From: Candidatus Nitrospira inopinata
Lineage (GTDB): Bacteria; Nitrospirota; Nitrospiria; Nitrospirales; Nitrospiraceae
Length of the DNA: 32,000 bases
NCBI RefSeq assembly: GCF_001458695.1
Contig: NZ_LN885086.1
Location: 180,001-212,000, forward strand
Reading direction: 5' to 3'
The notes beneath the pieces were generated by a model that was given only the letters and a program-made list of their open reading frames with translations, was not told the DNA's origin and did not search any database. A program made the position numbers and the translations under genes. The first letter of the stretch is position 1. Every line of letters begins with the position of its first letter. Positions 8,645 to 15,819 of the stretch are shown piece by piece.

Positions 8645-9986
8645 GGCCGTTTTGCTCTTTCCATTGCCGAATCATCTCATGGACGGATTCGCGCGGCAGC
8701 TTCCCGGTTTCGTTCCGAGGCAGCTTCGGCACGCGGACCAGCGGACGCGGCAGAAAAACGGGATCGACGTGCGCGCGCAACCGATGCAGAATCTCCTCGC
8801 CGCTTTTCTCCGGCGCCACGACGAACGCCATCAATCGAGTCACCAGCCCCGTTTCCTCGTCCGGCAAAACGAAGACTCCGTCGCGCACCCCTTCGATCTG
8901 CAACAATTTCGCGTTCAAGTCGCCGAGCGACACGCGATGTCCCGCCACGTTCACCTGGTCGGCCTTGCGCCCATGAACGACGAAGGTGCCGTCGGAATCG
9001 ATGGAAAGATGGTCCGGCACGGGAACCGGATCGGGAAGATACGGCGCCCGTACCACGCAGGACGTCTCTTCTCGGATCACGCGCACGCCATCCAGCGGTT
9101 TCCATCGGTCACCCGCGATCGTGCGTCGTTCGGCGATGCTGCCCGCTTCGGCGAAGCCGAAAATTTCATGCACCGCCGACTGAAATTGCCGCTCGACCCG
9201 CCGCGCCAGGTCAAGGGCCAGCGGAGCCGTCGCGGACAACACAAGCCCGCCGGGCGGCGCAAGGACGTTTTCGGTGATACAGGCTCGCAGGTGGAGCGGC
9301 GTGGTCACGAGCACCCAGCGCCCCGCCGCTTCGGCCAACACGCTCTGAATATCGGCGGGAAAGAGGGGACGTCCCGCATGCATCGCCAGCCCGTGCACGA
9401 TCGGCAACATCACGGAGGCTTCTAGCCCGAACATGTGCTGATGCGGCACGGTCGCCACCACCGTCACGCGATCCCTCTCCTTGATGCCGAGCCGTGATCC
9501 CGCCGCCCGGGCCACGGTCGTCAAAGCTCCCCATGTTTTCCGATTGGGAACCGGCTTTCCCGTGGTGCCGGAGGTAAACGCCACGGCCACGACTTGGTCC
9601 AACGGAATTCGTGGAACGACCGTCGGCGGCGGCATGGAAGAGGACGCCTGCTCGATTTGTATGGGGATCGACTCGATTTCCTCGCGTTGCTCATCCCGAT
9701 CGGTCAGCGCATAACTTCCGGGAAAGTCGTCGGCAATGCGACGGAGGGCATGGGATGCCCGGCTTTGCGGCAGCAACGTGACTTGGCCGCGGACGATGGC
9801 CGCGGCGAATCCCACCAGAAATTCATAGCGGTTCGAGGCAAGATTGAGGACCGTGGAACGGTCGGGCAAGGATTCGGCAAGGGAAAGCACGTGGGCCAAG
9901 AACTGGCCGGCCGTGCGCAACGCTCCCTGCCCCCACGCCACTACGTCGTCGGAATCGTAGGGACCGATCAACAACGTCTCGTGCAT
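8634..9986 (-). CDS. AMP-dependent synthetase/ligase (starter-unit adenylating enzyme)
   Basis: AMP-binding core motif AFTSGTTGKPV. About 450 aa, matching the short acyl/aryl-ACP ligases of APE clusters. ATG at 9986. Confidence 0.85.
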   Translation of the reverse strand: MHETLLIGPYDSDDVVAWGQGALRTAGQFLAHVLSLAESLPDRSTVLNLASNRYEFLVGFAAAIVRGQVTLLPQSRASHALRRIADDFPGSYALTDRDEQREEIESIPIQIEQASSSMPPPTVVPRIPLDQVVAVAFTSGTTGKPVPNRKTWGALTTVARAAGSRLGIKERDRVTVVATVPHQHMFGLEASVMLPIVHGLAMHAGRPLFPADIQSVLAEAAGRWVLVTTPLHLRACITENVLAPPGGLVLSATAPLALDLARRVERQFQSAVHEIFGFAEAGSIAERRTIAGDRWKPLDGVRVIREETSCVVRAPYLPDPVPVPDHLSIDSDGTFVVHGRKADQVNVAGHRVSLGDLNAKLLQIEGVRDGVFVLPDEETGLVTRLMAFVVAPEKSGEEILHRLRAHVDPVFLPRPLVRVPKLPRNETGKLPRESVHEMIRQWKEQNGHDV

Positions 9987-10001
9987 GGTCCGCGCCGTCG
10001 A

Positions 10002-10274
10002 TCACTTCGTGCGGTTTTTCTCGATGGCCTTGGCCAACGCCCGCAAGGACGAAAAGATGGCCTTGATCTCCGGGTCGCTCGACTTGAGCTGATAGCCGTA
10101 CGTTTGCGAAATGGCCAGCGAGAGCTCGAGCGCGTCGATCGAATCAAGCCCCAACCCCTCGCCGAACAAGGGCGCCTCCGGTTGAATGGACATCGGATCG
10201 ATCTTGAGCTTGAGCGTCCTGACGATCAATTCGGCGAGGTCTCCCTCGATCGGCGACGAACTGGAATGCTCCAT
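10002..10274 (-). CDS. Acyl carrier protein
   Basis: 90-aa product with the phosphopantetheine attachment motif LGLDSIDALEL. The ATG at 10274 lies 2 nt after the methyltransferase stop. The longer ORF-track start (10709) lies inside the methyltransferase gene. Confidence 0.85.
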   Translation of the reverse strand: MEHSSSSPIEGDLAELIVRTLKLKIDPMSIQPEAPLFGEGLGLDSIDALELSLAISQTYGYQLKSSDPEIKAIFSSLRALAKAIEKNRTK

Positions 10275-10276
10275 AC

Positions 10277-11077
10277 CTACACCTGCTCGGCTTCTTTCAC
10301 GGCCCGATAGTCGCGCAAGAGCCCGCTGAACCACTCCTTGACACGACAGTCGCCGAAACCCGATTCCCTCAGCGTTTCGACGATCATGGAGGGAGATACA
10401 CAGTGCTCCGTCGTCTCCCACCAGTACGCCATCAACCGTTTCAGATCTTGATTGCCGGTCCCGGCGGCAAACACCATTCCCAACACGTCCCTGATGTACC
10501 ATCGCAACAGCCGATACAAGACCATGGACCGAGGACGCGAAATCTCCAACAGCAGAACGATCCCTCCCGGCTTCAGCACGCGGCGATATTCGGCAAAGGC
10601 CGCTCGGAGATCCGACACGTGCCGAAGCGCGTACCCCATGCTCAGAAAATCGAAAAACTCGTCGGGAAACGGCAGACGCTCTCCGACCCCTCGCACGAGA
10701 TTGCGACACTGCCCCTTTTGGGCTTCACCCAACATGCCGATGCTGGGGTCGAGTCCGACGACCAAGCCGGACGGCCCCACCAGCCTCAAAGCGCATTGCG
10801 TCACCAGCCCTGGTCCGCAGGCGACATCCAGCACTCGCATGCCAGGCTTCAGCCCCGCCAGTTGCAACGCCTTTTTTCGATACCACAGGCCGGATCCGAA
10901 ACCGGTGGCTTTATCGATGCTCCGATAGTGAGCGGCGGTCCGATTAAACAACTCGTTGAGAAACCCCTGTCTGTCCTCGACCCTTTCGTAATATCGCCGC
11001 AGCGGGGGATGGGGCGCGACGGATCGATCATCCGAACTCGTGCCGCGCTGACTTTGCCGGTCGGCGGATCGAATCAT
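10277..11077 (-). CDS. Class I SAM-dependent methyltransferase (UbiE/MenG-like), first gene of the APE-like operon
   Basis: SAM-binding motif I VLDVACGPGLVT and the post-I acidic residue (VVGLDPS). ATG at 11077. Confidence 0.85.
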   Translation of the reverse strand: MIRSADRQSQRGTSSDDRSVAPHPPLRRYYERVEDRQGFLNELFNRTAAHYRSIDKATGFGSGLWYRKKALQLAGLKPGMRVLDVACGPGLVTQCALRLVGPSGLVVGLDPSIGMLGEAQKGQCRNLVRGVGERLPFPDEFFDFLSMGYALRHVSDLRAAFAEYRRVLKPGGIVLLLEISRPRSMVLYRLLRWYIRDVLGMVFAAGTGNQDLKRLMAYWWETTEHCVSPSMIVETLRESGFGDCRVKEWFSGLLRDYRAVKEAEQV

Positions 11078-11157
11078 ATGAGAAACCTTGCCCTCCGCTT
11101 TTCAACCTTTGTAGCAGGACGTTTCGTCGTCGGGCAAGAGCAGGTCCTTTTTCGTCT

Positions 11158-13104
11158 TCAGAAAAACATGTGGATCGCAAGCACCACGTCGTTGTCGCGA
11201 TCACGATGGGTGTACTCCAGTCGGGCCGCCCAATCGCGAGCCAGCGTATAGCGCGACCCGACATGCCAGCGAATGTCGTCGGATCGGTCGCCGAGCGGAT
11301 ACCGCAGATAGGAGCCCGACCCCATGAGCTTCCAGCGATCCGTCACGTCCACCAACAGGCCCATCGTCACACCTCCTCCCACCCGATGAAAATCCCGGTA
11401 GGCTGGACTGACGTTGGCTTCGGCTTCGGCGAAGAGATAGAACACTTCCCGTTTGAAAACGGCGGCCGACTCGACGGCCCCGCCGACCCCTCCGCTAAAC
11501 ACGCCGTTGCTGCACAACCGACAGCCGCCGTGCCTGATCGTCTGCATGCCCACGTTCACCCTCCACGAGGGCGCGCGGAAGAGTTCATCGATCGGAGCAA
11601 GCGACAGGACATTGATCAACGTGGCCCGTTCGACCCTGGTCTGCTCGGCTCGATTGTAATGCCGCACCGTCAGGCCGAGCGCCTCGATCTGGGCATCCGG
11701 CGTGTATCCCTCTTCAGGATCGAGAAGATCGTGATAGAGCGCCCGGACGGACGCTTCCTCGAAGGTATCCTGATTCCGCCATCCTCCTCCCATCGTCGCG
11801 CGCGTCGTCCGGTGCCCCGCGTCCGGACGTTTCGTATAGGGGGGAATTTCCACGTCCGGCGACGGGATCGGCAATCGGCTCCGCTCGGTCAAGATGCGTC
11901 TGTTGCGCTCCTTATGGACAGCCGTCTCCGGATCGTCGCTCTCGCTCTTATAGCGCAGGTAGTCCGACACGACATCCAGCGCCAACACACGCCTGGGCAT
12001 CGGCAACTCCTTGAAGGAGGCGTCGCCGGCGAAGTCCGGATCCTGCGCCAGCTTCTCGACCAGCTTTGATTCATCGGCCGTGAGCAGCGCCCGTTTCCGC
12101 TTGATGATCGTACTGCGGGACGGCCGATAGATTGCCTCCTTGACCAACCCCGGATAGTCCACGACCGCCCGCACCGTGTCCGCGGGAATCGTCCAGAAAT
12201 GGAACCGATCCCGCAGGCGCAATTCAGGATTCGCATATTCCAGGAGCGACAAAATGTGGTAAGAGCAATTTTCCTTGAAAAAAAAGTAATCAAAATAGGC
12301 GTTGCCCATCTCCCACGCGTGCATGAGCAGCCGATCAAGCTGAACGGGAGAGAGATTGAGCCGGTATTCCCACATGTCGCGATTCTCGATGTCTCGGTAC
12401 GTCTGGACCTTCAGGTAATAGGGGGGGGTGGAAAAAAACCCCTTGTAGCCCCCGAAGATCCCCATGAAGGCGAACTCCACCCCCGCGCCAGCCGGCACGT
12501 CCGCGGCATAGTCGATGGTATAGGCCAACAGCCTCGTCTGTTCCGTCTGACCCCGCTGATCGATCCGCAAGAAGGTATGGCCGAACATGGAAGCCGGATT
12601 GTTCAAGAACGCCGCGGGGAAGATCAGACTGACGCCCTCGGGATTCAGCTCGGCCCGCCATCGTTCATACCGCTCGCAAACCGGCGGTGGAAGCCGTTGC
12701 TCGTCGAACCCCAGTCGTTCCTTGAGCCAATGGTACCGAGCAATGAACGCGCACCGGGCCGGCTGTTTCGAGCGCCCGACCGGCTCGGCTGAGAAAAATG
12801 CCCGGATCGTCGCCTCCAATTCGGCCCGTGGATCGTATTTTCCGCGGGACGACAAGAAAAACCCCGTGTCGTCTTCCTCACTGATCACCCTTCCCCACAG
12901 ATCCGTCCCGTAGTGAAGCAAGAGATGCCATTCCCGCTCATCGGCCAGACGGGAGAGAGCCGCCCGCTCGATCAATTTCCGTTGGTAGCTTTCCGGATCA
13001 AACGACTCGGCCACCTGGCGCCAAGACCCCGCGAGCAGCACGACGATGGCGAGTAGAAAGCGAATCACCGCATCAGAGGGGAACCATGACGGGGCTTCCA
13101 TCAT
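11158..13104 (-). CDS. DUF4105 (Lnb N-terminal-like) domain protein with a putative C-terminal beta-barrel
   Basis: N-terminal signal/anchor (IRFLLAIVVLLAGSW). The central region carries motifs I associate with DUF4105 (NNPASMFGHTFLRID, FDYFFFKENCSYHIL). The C-terminus has alternating amphipathic strands and ends in terminal Phe (LAIHMFF), like outer-membrane barrels. Confidence 0.65.
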   Translation of the reverse strand: MMEAPSWFPSDAVIRFLLAIVVLLAGSWRQVAESFDPESYQRKLIERAALSRLADEREWHLLLHYGTDLWGRVISEEDDTGFFLSSRGKYDPRAELEATIRAFFSAEPVGRSKQPARCAFIARYHWLKERLGFDEQRLPPPVCERYERWRAELNPEGVSLIFPAAFLNNPASMFGHTFLRIDQRGQTEQTRLLAYTIDYAADVPAGAGVEFAFMGIFGGYKGFFSTPPYYLKVQTYRDIENRDMWEYRLNLSPVQLDRLLMHAWEMGNAYFDYFFFKENCSYHILSLLEYANPELRLRDRFHFWTIPADTVRAVVDYPGLVKEAIYRPSRSTIIKRKRALLTADESKLVEKLAQDPDFAGDASFKELPMPRRVLALDVVSDYLRYKSESDDPETAVHKERNRRILTERSRLPIPSPDVEIPPYTKRPDAGHRTTRATMGGGWRNQDTFEEASVRALYHDLLDPEEGYTPDAQIEALGLTVRHYNRAEQTRVERATLINVLSLAPIDELFRAPSWRVNVGMQTIRHGGCRLCSNGVFSGGVGGAVESAAVFKREVFYLFAEAEANVSPAYRDFHRVGGGVTMGLLVDVTDRWKLMGSGSYLRYPLGDRSDDIRWHVGSRYTLARDWAARLEYTHRDRDNDVVLAIHMFF

Positions 13105-13132
13105 TCGACGGAAGCCCCGGGAATCAACGTGG

Positions 13133-13645
13133 CTAGTTCAACAAGGCTTGCGCCAGCAAAGGATCGGCGGCAATGCCTTCGTTCAACGTCTTGACCATGG
13201 AAGCCGGAGACAGATCGCCCGAGGAAACCATCGTGGCATAACGTCCCTGGGCCATGGCAAAGAACGCCTCGTGCTGTTGTTGAGGCACTCCCAGAAGAGT
13301 CGCCATGGAAGCCAGATGCTCGCCGCGCCCTTGCGCCATCTCCTGAGCCAGCGCGTCGGTGTTCAATTCCGCGAACATCGTGGCCTTCTGCTCCGCCCAC
13401 CATCGACCGTCGTCCGTGCATCCCATGGTTCCGGTGGAAATCCCGAAGGTCTGCGTGCCGAACGACCCGTTCGTCGTCGCCATCAAGATCTGCGCCCCCT
13501 TGGTCTTGGCGTGCGGATAATTTTGCCAGGCAAGCTTGCCCAACCCGCAGCCAGGTCCTGTATCCGGCGTGCCGGCGGCCAATGCGATCCCGCCTTGCGC
13601 CACCATCGCCAGCCCGATCACCGCAACCATGCTCAATTTCCTCAT
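13133..13645 (-). CDS. DUF3015-family secreted protein
   Basis: The ATG at 13645 is preceded by AAGGAGGA with a 5-nt spacer. Signal peptide MRKLSMVAVIGLAMVAQGGIALA. Motifs GPGCGLG, TTNGSFGTQTFGISTGTMGC and MAQGRGEHL match my recollection of DUF3015. Confidence 0.65.
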   Translation of the reverse strand: MRKLSMVAVIGLAMVAQGGIALAAGTPDTGPGCGLGKLAWQNYPHAKTKGAQILMATTNGSFGTQTFGISTGTMGCTDDGRWWAEQKATMFAELNTDALAQEMAQGRGEHLASMATLLGVPQQQHEAFFAMAQGRYATMVSSGDLSPASMVKTLNEGIAADPLLAQALLN

Positions 13646-13697
13646 TCGAATCCTCCTTGGTGAGAGTGAGAACCTCCTGTCGGCCATGCCCTGCGCG

Positions 13698-13735
13698 ATT
13701 ATAGACGAATCGCGGCCAAGAGCTACATTTTTTTT
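13698..13735 (-). promoter_or_regulatory. Candidate sigma70-type promoter for the DUF3015/DUF4105 pair
   Basis: Perfect TATAAT on the minus strand (13703-13698), about 50 nt upstream of the ATG at 13645. An A8 tract (13735-13728) sits at roughly -35 to -45, like an UP element. The -35 hexamer is poor. Confidence 0.3.
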
Positions 13736-13804
13736 CCTTAGCCAACCGTCGTCATACCGTGCCGATCGTCATCGCTCCGGTTTCGCCCATGACTTGTGAG
13801 CTGT

Positions 13805-14959
13805 TCATGGCTCCGCGGACAGGGGGACACCCAACGATGCCCGCACCGCCGCCCACTCGAAGGTGAACGGCACGGTGGACAGCTTCGGCATGGCCGCCAG
13901 CTCGGCCTTCAATCGTTCGGCCCGCCCCTGGCTCATCGGATGGGTCGAGAGCCACTCCATCCGTCCTTCGTCTGTTTCAGAGAGCCGTTCAAAGAAACTG
14001 ATCATGCCGGAGGGGTCGATCTTTGCCCGATAGAGGAGTTGCAAGCCGGTCACATCGGCCTCGGTTTCTTGTTCCCGACCGAATTTCAGCGTCATCAATT
14101 CCACGCCGAACTGTTTCATCAGACCGGCCAAGCCCTGTTGATCTCCAAACACGATGGACGCCGCCGCGACAAGGCCGACCCGCTTTACGATCCGCTCAAG
14201 CCCGTGCCGTTGCAAGACATGGTTCAGCTCATGACTCAGCACGCCGGCCACCTCTTCCGCGCCGGCCGCTTCTTTCATCAAACCGGTGAACACGACGATG
14301 TAGCCGCCCGGCAACGCAAACGCGTTCACGACGTCGCTCTTGACGACCGTGACTTCGAACTTGTAGGGGTTGTTTGGAATCTGCTCGACGAGGCGCCGCG
14401 TCATCTCTTGGACCGCCGACACGGCGGGACCTTCCTTGAGAATGGCCTGACGAGCCAGAAAATCTCTATAGGCCGACTCGCCTAGTTTTTGTTCCCACTC
14501 CGGCGGAATCCGCTCGACGGCCAGGGCGACCAGCAGGTCGCCTCCCCGCCACAGTCCCGCCGACAGGACCAGGATCGCGCCGGCGACGACGCCCCAGACC
14601 ATTCGGCGTCTCCGGCGAACCAGCCTGGCCCGCTCAGCCGCCTGTTCGAAGGGAACGTGCAACTGTTCCGGAGCCGATCGGCGAAACGATCGGATCAGAT
14701 CCGCATCCTTGAGATACAGGGCTCGTTCGCCTCGATCGCCGGTCCACTTGAGCACGAGTTGATCATGGTCCAATCCGCCCACGGACACCGAAAGAACCGT
14801 GAACGGAACCTCTTCCGACCAACCGACCGGCGACTCCGACACAAACGTGACCGTCAGCCCCTGTCCGCCGAGGCGAACCAGGCACGGAGCGCCGCTTGCA
14901 GGCAACTCATGGCCGAAACACAGTGCGTTGGGAGACGAAGACATCGGAGGCGCCGTCAC
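13805..14959 (-). CDS. M48-family zinc metalloprotease with N-terminal cytoplasmic domain and a single TM helix
   Basis: HExxH motif (SHELNHVLQRH) and a downstream third ligand region (EQETEAD). One TM helix (MVWGVVAGAILVLSAGLW) follows an N-terminal domain of about 125 aa. The start is GTG 14959 or ATG 14944. Confidence 0.85.
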   Translation of the reverse strand: MTAPPMSSSPNALCFGHELPASGAPCLVRLGGQGLTVTFVSESPVGWSEEVPFTVLSVSVGGLDHDQLVLKWTGDRGERALYLKDADLIRSFRRSAPEQLHVPFEQAAERARLVRRRRRMVWGVVAGAILVLSAGLWRGGDLLVALAVERIPPEWEQKLGESAYRDFLARQAILKEGPAVSAVQEMTRRLVEQIPNNPYKFEVTVVKSDVVNAFALPGGYIVVFTGLMKEAAGAEEVAGVLSHELNHVLQRHGLERIVKRVGLVAAASIVFGDQQGLAGLMKQFGVELMTLKFGREQETEADVTGLQLLYRAKIDPSGMISFFERLSETDEGRMEWLSTHPMSQGRAERLKAELAAMPKLSTVPFTFEWAAVRASLGVPLSAEP

Positions 14960-15032
14960 TTGTCATTCGCGCGGGAAGGATCGTCTTTCGCACTGTCCGT
15001 GATCGCGCATGACATGCGCCGAATGACCGTCG

Positions 15033-15716
15033 TCACTCGGAGACCGGGATAAACTGCCTGATCCAGGCGCCGAAGCCGCCGGGATTGCGACTCTGAATGT
15101 AGACGACACCGGGCCCGCGGAATCGGCACACGAACCCTTCGCCGGACGTGAGACTCGCCACCCATCCGGACGACGCCCGCTCGATACTGTAGGAAGTGGT
15201 GGCAGACCAGGCCACCATGTGGCTGTTATCGACGATGTATTCTTGATCCGGTTTCAAATCGATCCGGTGAATCGCTCCGAAACTGTTCAGGATCAAGGCG
15301 CCTTTCCCTCCGATCTTCAGAATGAAAAACCCCTCTCCACCCATAAGCCCGCGGGTGAAGCTTTGCATCTTACTCTCGATGCTTACCGTGTCGGCGCCGG
15401 CGAGAAATCCGTCTTTCTGCACCATGTACTCGTTGACCCCGTCGAGCTCGAGGACGACGATCTCGCCGGGCACCGTCGGCGCCAACAAGACCTCGCCCGG
15501 GCCCCGGCTGGCCCGCAACGTTTGAAAGAAGAATTTCTCTCCTGTGAGCAATTTTCTGGACAGCGCACCGAGAAAGCCCCCTTCCATCTTGCTCTCGACG
15601 TCGATGGTCGGCGATGCCCCCACCATGGCGCCGGACTCTGCCTTGATCTGCTCTCCGGCCGCCAGCTCGACGCGCACCATCGGAAAAGCCCCTGGATATA
15701 AGATCTCGCTTCGCAT
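15033..15716 (-). CDS. AIM24 / TIGR00266-family protein
   Basis: 227 aa with family-typical segments (AESGAMV, LLTGEKFFFQTL, GGEGFFILKIGGKGALILNSFGAI, IVDNSHMVAW). ATG at 15716. Confidence 0.8.
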   Translation of the reverse strand: MRSEILYPGAFPMVRVELAAGEQIKAESGAMVGASPTIDVESKMEGGFLGALSRKLLTGEKFFFQTLRASRGPGEVLLAPTVPGEIVVLELDGVNEYMVQKDGFLAGADTVSIESKMQSFTRGLMGGEGFFILKIGGKGALILNSFGAIHRIDLKPDQEYIVDNSHMVAWSATTSYSIERASSGWVASLTSGEGFVCRFRGPGVVYIQSRNPGGFGAWIRQFIPVSE

Positions 15717-15721
15717 GACCG

Positions 15722-15743
15722 TTGATGCTCCTTTGATGCTCCT
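15722..15743. repeat. Perfect 11-nt tandem duplication (ttgatgctcct x2) containing the Shine-Dalgarno of the AIM24 gene
   Basis: Read directly from the sequence. On the minus strand it is AGGAGCATCAA AGGAGCATCAA, ending 5 nt before the ATG at 15716. Confidence 0.85.
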
Positions 15744-15778
15744 TGTTTTACCCGGTTCTCGCAGTCACGGCGCCGGCG

Positions 15779-15808
15779 ATTGTGTGGAAAGGGAACGGAC
15801 TCTGTCAA
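15779..15808 (-). promoter_or_regulatory. Candidate sigma70 promoter for the AIM24-M48 genes
   Basis: On the minus strand: TTGACA (15808-15803), an 18-nt spacer, then CACAAT (15784-15779). It lies just downstream of the giant-protein stop at 15820. Confidence 0.3.
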
Positions 15809-15819
15809 GCCACATGCGA

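Noticed and set aside
7539-9425. Very long plus-strand ORFs antisense to annotated genes. Examples: 7539..9425 (628 aa), 24207..25619 (470 aa), 29973..31295 (440 aa), 25322..26455, 4443..5552, 5811..6902 and 999..3775-type frames.
   Set aside because: Their translations are Arg/Pro/Gly/His-rich with no motifs. Each lies exactly opposite a gene with clear family signatures. Stop-poor antisense frames are expected in roughly 60% GC DNA. I treat them as shadow ORFs.
13101-13745. 214-aa minus-strand ORF overlapping the DUF3015 gene in another frame.
   Set aside because: The alternative frame (13133..13645) has a strong RBS, a signal peptide and recognisable family motifs. This frame is Arg/Gly-rich with no features.
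15005-15019. Short palindrome gcgcat-gac-atgcgc between the AIM24 and M48 genes.
   Set aside because: It has only a 6-bp stem with a 3-nt loop and no U-tract. That is too weak to call a terminator or operator without further evidence.
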